Assembly (NCBI GenBank): GCA_963823455.1
Contig: CAWGLO010000002.1
Span: 590,706-654,705 of the forward strand
Reading direction: 5' to 3'
DNA: 64,000 bases
From: an uncultured beta proteobacterium
GTDB taxonomy: Bacteria > Pseudomonadota > Gammaproteobacteria > Burkholderiales > Rhodocyclaceae
Below are positions 19,226-29,980 of this stretch, piece by piece. Each line of letters begins with the position of its first letter. Position 1 is the stretch's first letter. Made by a program: the position numbers and the translations under genes. Under the pieces are notes generated by a model, which was not told the origin of the DNA, ran no database searches, and worked only from the letters and a program-made list of their open reading frames with translations.

Positions 19226-19506
19226 GGCCCATCCCCTCCTGATAAGCCGATCAGCGCATGGCAATCTTATGCTCACCGATGCCAGTACTCCAGTCCCCGG
19301 CGAGGAATGTCTGGACAAAACCGGCGAAGATCCCGTTATCCAACGTGGGCCTTACCGGGGACGACATCGAAGCGCGTCGGCGAGCGGGTGGCGGCGATGG
19401 CGGCGCAGCGCCTGGCGTGCCGCCGCGTTGTACCGAAACAAACATGGTCGATGCCCATGCGGCCTGACACAATCTTCGGCTCAGCGACGCAGGAGGGACG
19501 CCGCCG

Positions 19507-20079
19507 ATGCTTGTGCAGGACCTGCATATTCATACCATCTGTTCGCGCGGGGACAGCGCGGTCGTGGCCGAGCAATCCGTCGAACTTGTCGCACAGGTCC
19601 GACATGCCAGAATCGTCGGCATCAGCGATCATTTGGAATACCTGGTGGATGGGCGGATCGATGCCTACGCCGATGCAGTGCGGCAGGCGGGTTTGCGCGT
19701 GGGCACCGAGGTCAACGGGCACACCTGGGTTGCCGCCGCGCGGGAGGTGCCCGTCGAGTACTATGTCGTGCACTGCTACGACACCGATGCTGACTACGCG
19801 GCGCTGGAACGTCTGCTGGATACGGGGAAGCCGGTCATCATCGCTCGCCCGGACGTCCTTGGTACTCGGCTTGAGCGCGTCCCACCTGCCTGCCTGGTAG
19901 AGATCAACAACCGATATATCTGGCGCGGCAACTGGCGGGCCTACTACGCGCCCCACACCCACCGCTTCCGGTTTGTGCTGAGTTCGGACGCGCACCAGCC
20001 CAATTGGCTCAATCAGACCATCGCCCGGTATGTCGCGGATCAACTTGGGATCGAAGAAAGCCTTGTATTCGGGGCCTAA
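19507..20079 (+). CDS. PHP-domain metal-dependent phosphoesterase
   Basis: DLHIHTICSRGDS ... GISDHLEY ... SSDAH histidine motifs of the PHP family. Confidence 0.65.
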   Translation: MLVQDLHIHTICSRGDSAVVAEQSVELVAQVRHARIVGISDHLEYLVDGRIDAYADAVRQAGLRVGTEVNGHTWVAAAREVPVEYYVVHCYDTDADYAALERLLDTGKPVIIARPDVLGTRLERVPPACLVEINNRYIWRGNWRAYYAPHTHRFRFVLSSDAHQPNWLNQTIARYVADQLGIEESLVFGA

Positions 20080-20654
20080 CCGGATAGCGTTTTGTAAGAC
20101 GATCGACTTACACCGTGCGCCAGTGTCGGCCGAATCGCCGGAATTGGTTTGGCTCGCCCTACCGAAGGGAGATTCCGCCGAGACCGGTCACGGGAGACGT
20201 ATCCCGATAGCAGTCGGTTAGTTGGCGTGCGGCATTTCCACGCGCGGGATTGGAGCGATTCCCGCCCGAACGAAAGCGCGGTCGATTGAGATTATTTGTC
20301 CGCCAGCCAGCAGGATTCGGCTCATGTCGCCATCACGTACGCGGCGCCGCAGTGGAATCGCTGGCACATACTCGAGGGGCACCCCTGTCGGCTCTTCGAG
20401 ACGATCGCGTGTTTCGCCCTGTCGCTCGGTGCCGGGAACTCTGGACGGTGCATGACCGAGGACGTGAGAAGCGCGGCCTCTGGTACGGCTGATGAACTGC
20501 AGACCAGCCCGGTCAAACGGGTCGACGCAGCCGCCGCCGAGACTTGGGCCAGGTCCTGTGAGACCGAGCGCTGCCTGACGGTTTCTGCGGCCCTGGGGAC
20601 GAGCGCCGCTTCCGTGGTGGAATTGGGGAAACGGCGGGCGCCGCCGCCTCTGCC

Positions 20655-20683
20655 TGTCCCTCTCCCACGAGGGGAGAGGGAGT
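20655..20683. repeat. core hairpin of repeat family 1 (CCCTCTCCC-N5-GGGAGAGGG), 44 nt downstream of the actP stop
   Basis: Perfect 9-bp inverted repeat at 20658-20680. Confidence 0.7.
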
Positions 20684-20726
20684 CTGCCCATCGAACCGCG
20701 GGACCGGTCGGCCCGGCGTCCGCCGA

Positions 20727-22402
20727 CTAGTGGGCTGCGGCGCCGGCGGCCCCGAAGCCCGTCTGGGCACGCACGTACTGGTCTTCGAAGGCTTCCTTCT
20801 CCTTCGCGGCTCGGGCGCTGGTATCCAGGGTGGATACCAGCCAGGCGACAAAGAACGCCAGCGGCATGGAGAAGATGGCAGGCTGCTCGTAGGGGAAGAT
20901 CGGGTCCTTGTTGCCCAGCACCGTGACCCACACCGCCTTCGAGAGCACGACGATCGCCACCGCCGCCACCAGGCCGGCGATGCCGCCCCACACCGCGCCG
21001 CGGGTGGTGAGACCCTTCCAGTACATGGAGAGGATCAGCACCGGGAAGTTGCACGAGGCGGCGATGCCGAAGGTGAGGCCGACCAGGAAGGCGATGTTCT
21101 GCTTTTCGAACACGATGCCCAGCAGCACCGCCAGCACGCCGAGGCCCAGCGAGGAAATCTTGGACACGCGCACCTCCTCGCCCTCTTCCGCCTTGCCCTT
21201 CTTGATCACGTTGGCGAAGATGTCGTGGGAGATGGCGGAGGCCCCGGCCAGCGCCAGTCCCGAGACCACGGCCAGGATGGTGGCGAAGGCGACTGCGGCC
21301 AGGAATCCCAGCAGGAGGTTGCCTCCCACGGCGTGTGCCAGATGCATGGCAGGCATGTTGCCGCCGCCGATCATCTTGCCGGCGATGTTGCCGCCCTCGA
21401 AGTAGGCCGGGTTCTGGCCGACGATGACGATGGCTGCCAGACCCATCAGGCTCACCACGCAGAAGAAGAAGCCGACGCAGCCGGTGGCGACGACTACGCT
21501 CTTGCGCGCCTCCTTGGCATTGGGTACGGTGAAGAAACGCATCAGGATGTGGGGCAGTCCGGCCGTGCCGAACATCAGGCCGAGCGACAGGGACACCGCC
21601 GAAACCGGGTCTGCCAGCAGGGTGCCGGGAGCCATGATCTTGGGGCCGTCCTTGTGCAGCGATACTGCCTTGGCAGACAAGGGTCTCGAAGCTGAAGCCG
21701 AACTGCGACAAGCGCGATCAGCATCGTCACCGTGCCGCCCGATAGCAGCAGCACCGCCTTGATGATCTGCACCCAGGTGGTGGCGATCATGCCGCCGAAG
21801 GTCACGTAGATCACCATCAGCACGCCGACGATCACCACCGCTATCCAGTACTCCAGGCCGAACAGCAGCTTGATCAACTGGCCGGCGCCCACCATCTGGG
21901 CGATGAGGTAGAAGATGACCACGGTGAGCGAGCCGATCGCGGCCATGGTGCGCACGCGGCTCTGGTCGAGGCGGAACGAGGTGATGTCGGCGAAGGTGAA
22001 TTTGCCCAAGTTGCGCAGCCGCTCCGCCATCATGAACAGGATCACCGGCCAGCCGACGTAGAAGCAGATGCAGTAGATGAAACCGTCGTAGCCCTTGGAG
22101 TACACCAGGCTGGTGAGGCCGAGCAGGGTGGCCGCCGACATGTAGTCGCCGGCGATTGCCAGACCGTTCTGGGTGCCGGTGATGCCGCCGCCGGCGGCGT
22201 AGTAGTCGCTCGCCGTCTTGGTGCGCTTGGCTGCCCAGTAGGTGATGCCCAGGGTCGCCATGACGAACACGAAGAACATCACGATGGCATGAACGTTGAG
22301 GGGCTGCTTCTGCGCCTGTTCCACGACCGGGGCGGCCAGGGCGAGTCCGGCCGCGCAAGCGGCGACGCCGGCAAGGGCGAGTCGGATGAGGGCGCGGCTC
22401 AT
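20727..22402 (-). pseudogene. actP: cation/acetate symporter ActP; frame disrupted twice near 21670-21715 as assembled
   Basis: N-terminal part in frame of ORF 21575-22633 (MSRALIRL...[10 protein letters not shown]...). A short piece [11 protein letters not shown] is in a third frame. The C-terminal part is in ORF 20727-22358 ([15 protein letters not shown]...). Confidence 0.85.
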
Positions 22403-22710
22403 TTCATGGCCTCCTTGACGATTTCGTTGTTGAGATCGTCGAACTCGCTGTTGGCACGACGGATGTAGAGGAAGGTCATGAGCCAGAACAGCAGGATCAT
22501 GCCGGCGCCGATCGGCCAGGCGATGGTGGTGACCAGTCCGGCCGCGAGCGGTGTGGCCAGCACCTTGGGATTGAAGGCGACCACCATGACGAAAGTGAAG
22601 TAGATCCCGAGCACGATTGCCGACAGGCTCCACGCCAGCCGGCTGCGTTTGGTGACCAGTTCGTTGAACTTCGGGTTGTTGCGAATGCGCTCATACACGG
22701 CAGATGACAT
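22399..22710 (-). CDS. yjcH: DUF485 inner-membrane protein (YjcH-like), ActP partner
   Basis: [29 protein letters not shown] and two TM helices. Overlaps the actP start by 4 nt. Confidence 0.85.
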   Translation of the reverse strand: MSSAVYERIRNNPKFNELVTKRSRLAWSLSAIVLGIYFTFVMVVAFNPKVLATPLAAGLVTTIAWPIGAGMILLFWLMTFLYIRRANSEFDDLNNEIVKEAMK

Positions 22711-22945
22711 CTCGATCCCCCTCCCTGGCGATGGCCGACGACGAATCCCGCAGACTCCGGCACACGATCATGCACAACGCCGGAGTTCTGGTTATGATGC
22801 CATAGATGAGCCTTATCGGCATCGTCGGCACTGCCGGAAACAGCGGCTGGGCAGGACGCTTCCGCCAAGTTCCCATATACAGGCCCGCAGTCCGCTACCT
22901 TCCCGGTTCCCGGCAAGACAGCGGCGCAGGCTGCCGATCGACGAC

Positions 22946-25174
22946 GTGGCGGACAAGTACAAATTCTTCCTCGCACTGAGCGCCTTTCTCGCTCTGCTGG
23001 CGGGCTTCGTCCTGTTGGCGGGCTATGCCTTCTATTACGACGTGGGGTCCGACAACCGGCAGAGCCTCGCTGCGATGATCTCGCCGCGCTTGGAATTGCT
23101 GGCGGGACTGGGCGTGCTCGGCCTCGGCCTGTTCGGAATTCTCTTCGCCGGTGCCTATCACGCCTATGTGCGCGGGCCGCTGCGGCTGGTGGAGGGGCTG
23201 CGCATCATGCTGAACGTCAACCGCAGCCATCGCATCGAGGCTGCGGGACCGGCGGAGGTGCGACTGCTCGCGGAAGCGGTCAACCGGTTCGCGCAGCAGC
23301 ACGAAACGCTGGCGCGCGATCTGGAGGCGAAGGCGGTCCGCGCCCGGGCGTCGGTGGAAGAGGAGAAGAACCGGCTGGCGGCCCTGATGTCCGAGTTGTC
23401 CCAGGGAGTGCTGGTATGCAACAGCGATGGCCGCATCCTGCTCTACAACGAGCGCGCGCGGCAGACGCTGGGGGCCGCCGCGAACGGGCCGGGGGAAACG
23501 ACGGCGCCGCTGATCGGTCTCGGACGATCGATCTTTGCCGTCATCGATCGCAGCCTGCTCACGCACGCCTTGGACCACGTGCGCACCCGCCTGGAGCAGA
23601 ACGAAGCCGATCTGAACGCGCAGGTCGTCACCACCACCCGCGCCGGCCAGCTGATCCGGCTGCAGTTGGCGCCGGTGCTGACGACCAGTTTGCCGCCCGC
23701 TCGCGACCCCGATGCGCACGCTCACGATCCGGGCGACAAGCCGGCGCCGCTGCGGCGCGCCGACTACGCAACGATCAGCGGCTTTGTTCTGACCATGGAG
23801 AACATCACCCGCAGCTTCGAGCGCGACAGCAGGCGCGACGTGCTGCTGCAGTCCCTCACCGAAGGCAGTCGCGCCGCGCTGGGAAACATCCGTGCGGCCG
23901 TGGAAACCCTGCTCGACTACCCGGACTGCGAGCCGCAGCAGCGTGACCGGTTCGTGCGCATCATCAGCGAAGAGACAAGCAGTCTGAGCAGCGCGCTGGA
24001 CCGCACCATGGCCGACTATGCCGATTCGCTCAAGACGCGCTGGCCTCTCGAAGAGATGCTCGGGGTGGACGTGGTGGCTGCCGCGCGGCGTCGCATCGAG
24101 AGCCGACTGGGCCTGCCGACCAAGGTGGAGAATCTCGACAACTCGATCTGGATCAAGGCCGACAGCTACACCCTGATCCAGGCGCTGACCTACTTCGCCA
24201 GCCGCATGCAGGATGAACACGACGTGCGCGAAGTGCGCTTCAGCCTGTCCCGGGAAGGAAGACTGGCGCGGCTGGACCTGATCTGGTCCGGCGCGGTGCT
24301 CTCCTCCCAGACGCTGTACTCTTGGGAGATGGACCCGATGCATGCCGGCGGCGAGGACAGCCCGCTTACCCTGCGCGACGTCGCCGAGCGCCACGGGGCG
24401 GAAGTCGTCTTCGTCACGGAAAAGGCGCGCCACCGAGCCTGCTTCCGGCTCCTGCTGCCGCTCGCCACCCCGCTGCAGCCGGTCGCCGCCGCGCCGATCC
24501 GCTACGGCGACAACCGCCCGGAGTTCTACGACTTCGACCTGTTTCAGCAGCCGGGCCAGACCACCGAACTCGACGAACGCCCGCTCAACGAACTGACTTA
24601 CACCGTGTTCGACACCGAGACCACCGGCCTGGAGCCTTCGGCCGGCGACGAGATCGTTTCCATCGGCGCGCTGCGCATTGTGAACAACCGCCTGCTGCGC
24701 AACGAGAGCTACCAGCAATTGGTCGATCCGCAGCGCCCCACCTCGTGGGTATCCACCAATATCCACGGCCTCACCCACGAACTGCTCAAGGGCCAGCCCA
24801 CCATCGACAAGGTGCTGCCGCGGTTCCACGAATTCTGCGAGGATACGGTGCTGGTGGGCCACAACGCCGCGTTCGACATGCGTTTCCTGCAGATGAAGGA
24901 AGCCCGCACTGGCGTCCGCTTCACCCAGCCGGTGCTCGATACGCTGCTGCTGTCTCAGGTGCTGCATCCTCATCAGGGCTCGCACACGCTGGAGGCGATC
25001 GCGGAGCGGCTGGGCATCATGGTGGTTGCACGCCACACCGCCCTGGGCGATGCCACGGTAACTGGCGAAGCGTTTCTGCGCATGATTCCGCTGTTGGCGG
25101 CGCAGGGCATCCGCACTCTGGGCGAGGCGCGCCGGGCAGCGGAGCGCACGCTCTATGCCCGGGTCGAATACTGA
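22946..25174 (+). CDS. membrane-anchored 2TM-HAMP-PAS-pseudo-histidine-kinase fused to a DEDDh 3'-5' exonuclease (DnaQ/epsilon-like)
   Basis: Exo motifs FDTETTGL, GHNAAFDMRFL and HTALGDATVTGEAF. The upstream DHp-like helix LTEGSRAALGNIRAAVETL lacks the phospho-His. There is no in-frame ATG after the TM region begins, so the start is assigned to the GTG at 22946 and is uncertain. Confidence 0.7.
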   Translation: MADKYKFFLALSAFLALLAGFVLLAGYAFYYDVGSDNRQSLAAMISPRLELLAGLGVLGLGLFGILFAGAYHAYVRGPLRLVEGLRIMLNVNRSHRIEAAGPAEVRLLAEAVNRFAQQHETLARDLEAKAVRARASVEEEKNRLAALMSELSQGVLVCNSDGRILLYNERARQTLGAAANGPGETTAPLIGLGRSIFAVIDRSLLTHALDHVRTRLEQNEADLNAQVVTTTRAGQLIRLQLAPVLTTSLPPARDPDAHAHDPGDKPAPLRRADYATISGFVLTMENITRSFERDSRRDVLLQSLTEGSRAALGNIRAAVETLLDYPDCEPQQRDRFVRIISEETSSLSSALDRTMADYADSLKTRWPLEEMLGVDVVAAARRRIESRLGLPTKVENLDNSIWIKADSYTLIQALTYFASRMQDEHDVREVRFSLSREGRLARLDLIWSGAVLSSQTLYSWEMDPMHAGGEDSPLTLRDVAERHGAEVVFVTEKARHRACFRLLLPLATPLQPVAAAPIRYGDNRPEFYDFDLFQQPGQTTELDERPLNELTYTVFDTETTGLEPSAGDEIVSIGALRIVNNRLLRNESYQQLVDPQRPTSWVSTNIHGLTHELLKGQPTIDKVLPRFHEFCEDTVLVGHNAAFDMRFLQMKEARTGVRFTQPVLDTLLLSQVLHPHQGSHTLEAIAERLGIMVVARHTALGDATVTGEAFLRMIPLLAAQGIRTLGEARRAAERTLYARVEY

Positions 25175-26684
25175 TAGGGCGAAGACGGACTTGAACCTGC
25201 ACGCCGAAGATCCGCCGCTCGACGGAGCGGCGCAAGGGCCGGGTGCCGCGGTGTCGGATGAAGAGCACCGTTCGATCTACAGTCCGCTGTCGGCGTTTCT
25301 GGCGCGCACCCCCATCACCTGTCCCCCCGGACTCCCGGTGCGCCAGGTGCTGGCGCGCATCAACCGCCAGCGCGTCGGCGCCATCGTCGTGGCCGACCCG
25401 CGCAGCGGCGCGCCGCTGGGCATCTTCACGCTTCCCGACTTCGTGCAGCAGGCGGCCTCGCCCGACTATGACCTCGACCAGCCCGTGGACCGGGTGATGA
25501 CGCAGCGATTCGTCGTGCTCGGGCCGGAGGTTGCCGCCCATGACGCGGCGCTCACCATGGCGCGCAGCGGTTTGGGCCACCTGTTAGTAGTAGCGGAAGG
25601 GAGGCTGCTCGGCGTGGTGTCGCAGCACGACCTGTTCAGCCTGCCGCGCACCGGCCTGGGGGAGTTGAGCGGCGATATCCGGGTGGCACGCGACACCGAG
25701 ACGCTGGCCCAGGCGGCGCGCCAGATCCGGCTGCTGGCCGGGCGCATGCTGCGGCAGGGAACCCGCGCCGAGACTCTGATTCAGCTCGTCTCAACCCTCA
25801 ACGATCTGCTCACCATCCGCGTCATCGAGCTGGAGCTTGATCGCCATACCATACCCGAGGTGCCGATGTGCTGGATCGCGCTGGGATCCGAGGGCCGCTT
25901 CGAGCAGACGTTCAGCACAGACCAAGACAACGGCATCATCTTCGTGCCCCCGGAAGAAGGTTCGACGGAGGAGATCCGGCGCGGGCTGTTGCCCTTCGCC
26001 CGGGCCATCAATCTGGGGCTCGACGCCTGCGGCTTCCCGCTGTGCCGGGGAAACATCATGGCGGGCAATCCCCAGTGGTGCCTCAGCCTGGCCGAGTGGA
26101 AGGAGCGTTTCGGCGACTGGATCACGAGGCCGCTGCCCCAGGCCTTGCTCAATGCCACCATCTTCTTCGACTTCCGCGCCATCTATGGCGAGGCATCGTT
26201 GGCGCAGCAGTTGCGCGAATGGCTCTTCGGCGTGGTACCGGAGAACACCCTGTTCCTGCGCTGTATGGCGGAGAACGCGCTCACCTGCCAGCCGCCGCTG
26301 GGCGTGATCCGGGATTTCGTGTTCGATGACAAGGCGTTTCCCCACACCATCAATCTCAAGATGTACGGCTCGCGCCCGTTCGTGGATGCGGCGCGGGTGT
26401 TCAGCCTGGCCCACGGTGTCGCCCACACCAACACCGCCGAGCGCCTGCGCGGCGCGGCCCCGCACATCCAACTCGCCGGCGATGGCCTGATCGCCGTCAC
26501 CGAGGCGTTCTACTTCATCCAGATGCTGCGCCTGCGCCAGCAGATGAATCCGGTTACGCTGCCGGGGGCCGTCAACCGCGTCGATCCGGACCAGCTCAAC
26601 GACATGGATCGCCAGGTGCTGAAGGAATCGTTCCGGAAGGCGCGCCAGGTGCAGGCACGTCTGAAGCTCGCCTACGGTCTGTGA
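25155..26684 (+). CDS. CBS-pair + DUF294 putative nucleotidyltransferase (GlnD-like NTase fold)
   Basis: Two CBS-like segments, then ALGSEGRFEQTFSTDQDNGIIF (GS..D.D NTase motif) and a DUF294 C-terminal helical domain. The start overlaps the upstream stop by 20 nt. Confidence 0.8.
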   Translation: MPGSNTDRAKTDLNLHAEDPPLDGAAQGPGAAVSDEEHRSIYSPLSAFLARTPITCPPGLPVRQVLARINRQRVGAIVVADPRSGAPLGIFTLPDFVQQAASPDYDLDQPVDRVMTQRFVVLGPEVAAHDAALTMARSGLGHLLVVAEGRLLGVVSQHDLFSLPRTGLGELSGDIRVARDTETLAQAARQIRLLAGRMLRQGTRAETLIQLVSTLNDLLTIRVIELELDRHTIPEVPMCWIALGSEGRFEQTFSTDQDNGIIFVPPEEGSTEEIRRGLLPFARAINLGLDACGFPLCRGNIMAGNPQWCLSLAEWKERFGDWITRPLPQALLNATIFFDFRAIYGEASLAQQLREWLFGVVPENTLFLRCMAENALTCQPPLGVIRDFVFDDKAFPHTINLKMYGSRPFVDAARVFSLAHGVAHTNTAERLRGAAPHIQLAGDGLIAVTEAFYFIQMLRLRQQMNPVTLPGAVNRVDPDQLNDMDRQVLKESFRKARQVQARLKLAYGL

Positions 26685-26921
26685 CGGACCGAGCGCGCAG
26701 GCATCGGCGCGAACGCACCGGTTCTCTTCGAAATGCTTCCGGCTCCCGTCACATCGTCCCCGGCTCAAACCGTTGAACCTCTCGATCCCCGATCGATCCG
26801 TGCGTATCCCTGCAATCATTGGCTCCCGGAACCGCTTTCTCGATCATGGCAGCACGGCAACACGCCGCCGTGGCAGCATGTCGGCTATCCAAAGCTAGTC
26901 CATTCATCCGAGAGCCGCTCT

Positions 26922-27366
26922 GCCTGTTCGAGTACCAACCGAAATCCGGCCGCTCCAGACCGGCGAGCTTGAAGATGTCTTCGACGCCCTCGGCAACCAC
27001 CGCGTTGTCGAGAATCTGCTTGAGCACCGCGTTCTTGCGGTCTTGTGCGAGTTTCTTGTCGGTCTCGGTCGCCTTGGCGATCACACTCTTGATCGCCTGC
27101 AAGAACGCGATCTCCTCGCGCAGTTCGATCGCCTCGTCCAAGATGCCGCACAGCGAGAACGCCTTGGGGATCGCCACCACTGTGTCGAACCAGCGCTTTT
27201 TGCCGTCATCCAAACCGAGCAGGAAGTTCGGCGCTGGCAAGAGCAGCGCCACGGCTTGGGTGCGATACGTAGAGTAGTCAAAGCCGTGCAGGATGCCGCG
27301 CGCCACCTCCATCAGCTCCTGGAGCTTGGCGACCGCCTCGGCGGTGTCCAACGTCGGCTGAACCAA
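26922..27366 (-). pseudogene. hsdR: relic of a type I restriction enzyme R subunit (only the DUF3387/C-terminal region, truncated at both ends)
   Basis: LHGFDYSTY...LLPAPNFLL..DDGKKRWFDTVVAIPKAFSLC..DEAIELREEIAFLQAIKS...DIFKLAGLERPD matches the conserved HsdR C-terminal region. The ~800 aa helicase/nuclease part is absent. Confidence 0.75.
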
Positions 27367-27507
27367 CCGTGGACTCTCGCGCTACGCGGCTTCTGGAGAT
27401 GTTGGTGCAGACGGAAGATGTCCGAGATGCGGCAATCAGTATGGCAACCATGCTCGTTGATTTTCTCGGGCCTGGGCGAAGAATCACGCATAAGATGCTG
27501 TTTTATA

Positions 27508-27584
<77 letters not shown>

Positions 27585-27700
27585 CGCCGAGAACGCGCGG
27601 TGGGCTTCCGCTTGGGACTTGCGGAGGTTTGCGCGGGCGCAGTTTACCAGAGTCCGCACGGTGGCTGCCGCCCTGGCGCGGCCGCGCTACAATCCATCGC

Positions 27701-28135
27701 ATGGAACCATCGCGTCACCCGCTACCCGTTCTTGAATCGACCCGCGACCGCATCCGCTGCTTTGTTCGGGACACGCTCGGCTGCGCTTGTCCCGACGCGG
27801 TGTTCGACCGCGCCGACATCGAATTCGCGCCCGCCGACGTCGCCGAGGCGCTGTTCGAAATCGTCGTCGGTGACCGACTGCTGCTTCGCGCCTACCGCGC
27901 GACGACGGGGGCGGGCATCACGGCGCTGCTGAAGAACTGGTTGGATGCGGGAAGGCGCGAGCGCGATGCCCGCGGACTGAACCGTTTCCGCCTCGTGCTC
28001 GCCAGCGAGTCGCCCCGGGCGGTCGAGCAGAGCGTGGCGCCCGCCTTCGAGCAATGGCGCGGCGCCGATGACCGGGTGCATCTGCACGTGCTGGGACTGG
28101 CGCAGCTCGATGGGTTGTTTGCGTCGCCGTGCTGA
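27701..28135 (+). CDS. hypothetical protein (144 aa)
   Basis: ATG at 27701. The frame is coding-like (high GC3) and tightly packed with the downstream genes. No recognisable motif. Confidence 0.45.
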   Translation: MEPSRHPLPVLESTRDRIRCFVRDTLGCACPDAVFDRADIEFAPADVAEALFEIVVGDRLLLRAYRATTGAGITALLKNWLDAGRRERDARGLNRFRLVLASESPRAVEQSVAPAFEQWRGADDRVHLHVLGLAQLDGLFASPC

Positions 28136-28148
28136 GAAGCGGCCAGAC

Positions 28149-28766
28149 ATGTCCCGGCAACGAACGAAGGTTATTGTCCGTCGATCCAGCGTGAGCGCGT
28201 TTGGGGGCGCCCGCCGCGCGGCGGCGATGCTCTTGGCGGCAGTTCTGGCGACGGCTTCGGCCGCGTTGTCAACGGCGGCAGACAAGGAGGCGAAACTCAT
28301 GATGACGATCACATCCAAGGCGTTCGCTCACGACGCTCCGATTCCCAGGTCTTACACCTGCGACGGACAGGACATCTCGCCGCCGCTGGCCTGGAGCGGG
28401 GTGCCGGCCGGTGCCAGGAGTCTTGTGCTCATCGTCGATGATCCCGACGCGCCCGACCCGGCGGCGCCGAAGATGACCTGGGTGCACTGGGTGCTCTACA
28501 ACATTCCGGTCAGCGCCGACGGCCTGCCCGAAGCGATCCCTGCGTCCCGGCTGCCGGCGGGCACGCTGGAGGGCCGGAACGACTGGAAACGCACCGGCTA
28601 CGGCGGCCCTTGTCCGCCTGTCGGACGGCATCGCTATTTCCACAAGCTTTTCGCGCTGGACACGGCGCTCGCCGACCTCGGCCGACCGACCAAGCAGCAG
28701 TTGGAAAAGGCGATGCAGGGCCACATCATGGCGCAGGGCGAATTGATCGGCACCTATCAGCGCTGA
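28149..28766 (+). CDS. YbhB/YbcL-family PEBP (Raf-kinase-inhibitor-like) protein with signal peptide
   Basis: ISPPLAWSGVP...LIVDDPDAP...WVHWVLYNIP...GYGGPCPPVGRHRYFHKLFALD. Confidence 0.85.
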   Translation: MSRQRTKVIVRRSSVSAFGGARRAAAMLLAAVLATASAALSTAADKEAKLMMTITSKAFAHDAPIPRSYTCDGQDISPPLAWSGVPAGARSLVLIVDDPDAPDPAAPKMTWVHWVLYNIPVSADGLPEAIPASRLPAGTLEGRNDWKRTGYGGPCPPVGRHRYFHKLFALDTALADLGRPTKQQLEKAMQGHIMAQGELIGTYQR

Positions 28767-28772
28767 CTATTC

Positions 28773-29949
28773 ATGACGAACGGTCCGAGCGTGCTGCCGG
28801 ATTACGGCGGCGGCAGCATTCTCAACCTGATGCGTTCCGTCGCCGACGCCTGCGGTGTCACCGGTCTGCCCTACGCGCCGGCCCGCGGCATCGATGCCGC
28901 CGATCTGGCGGCGGCGGAGACCATCGTCCTGCTGGTGGTCGATGGCCTCGGGCTCGATTACGTGCGGCATCATGGCGCGGACGGCGCGCTGCGCCGGCAT
29001 TTGCAGGGCCAACTGACATCGGTCTTTCCCTCGACCACTGCCTCCGCCATCACGACCCTCCTCACCGGCGTGGCGCCCCAGCAGCACGGCCTGACCGGCT
29101 GGCACATGTATTTTGCGGAACTCGACCGCATTGCCGCGGTGCTGCCGCTCACCCCGCGGGGCGGGGAGCCCTTCGACTTCGCGCCGGGCGAACTGCCGCG
29201 GCGCCTGTTCAAGCACCGCTCGCTCGCCTCGTCCATGCTGCGGCGTGCCTATGCCCTGAGCCCGATCGACATTGTCGGTTCGGAGTTCAACCGCTTCCAC
29301 ACCGAGGCGTCGATGCGCTGCGGCTATGCCAGCCTCGGCGAAATGTTCGAACGCATCGCCGAGGTGGTCATGGGATCGCCGGGACGCAAGTACGTGTATG
29401 CCTATTATCCGGCACTCGACGCCAACGCCCATGCCTTCGGCATCGCCAGTCGCGCAGGTGGCGACGATTCACGGCGCGGTCGATCATGCCCTGGACCGCC
29501 TGCTCGAACGCATCCGCGGTAGTGACGCCGTCGTCATCGCCACGGCGGATCACGGTTTCATCGATTCCCCCGCCGACCGGCTGATCGAGCTGGAGCGGCA
29601 TGCGCCGCTGGCCGAGATGCTGCTGCGGCCGTTGTGCGGGGAGCGGCGCGTCGCCTACTGCTATGTCAAACCCGATCGGCGCGCCGACTTCGAGGGCTAC
29701 GTGCGCGACCATTTTGCGGAACGGGCCGAGCTGCATCCCAGTCGCGAACTGGTGGATCTGGGCTGGTTCGGCCCCGGCGAGCCTCACCCCAGCCTCGCCT
29801 CGCGCATCGGCGATTACACGCTCGTCATGAAAGGGAACTGGACCATAAAGGACTGGCTGCCGGGCGAGAAGCGTTATCGCCAGATCGGCGTGCATGGCGG
29901 CACCAGCGCGGCCGAAATGCTCGTGCCCCTGGTCGTGGCGCGGGCCTGA
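28773..29949 (+). pseudogene. alkaline-phosphatase-superfamily protein (type I phosphodiesterase/nucleotide pyrophosphatase-like); one frame break near 29440-29460
   Basis: LLVVDGLGLDY, FPSTTASAITTLLTG and HGLTGW in ORF 28773-29522; ATADHGF and GVHGGTSAAEMLVPL in ORF 29272-29949. Confidence 0.7.
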
Positions 29950-29980
29950 GCCGGCGCGATCCCGCCTCCCGGGTGCGGGC

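Noticed and set aside
17564-19900. 778-aa plus-strand ORF
   Set aside because: It is antisense to the well-supported alpha-glucan phosphorylase, has low-complexity composition, and its 3' part is an out-of-frame overlap with the PHP gene.
20080-20726. Possible small AbrB/antitoxin-like gene in the PHP-actP spacer
   Set aside because: Only weak resemblance (..RVRDGDMSRILLAG..) spread across frames, with no partner toxin. The support is insufficient.
20218-21711. 497-aa minus-strand ORF overlapping actP
   Set aside because: It is an off-frame reading of actP. Only about 11 codons ([11 protein letters not shown]) belong to the true protein, between two indels.
22895-25036. 713-aa minus-strand ORF
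   Set aside because: It is antisense to the sensor-exonuclease gene, whose DEDDh motifs are unambiguous on the plus strand.
26922-27366. Functional type I restriction-modification system
   Set aside because: Only about 150 codons of the HsdR C-terminal region remain, and no hsdM or hsdS is present.
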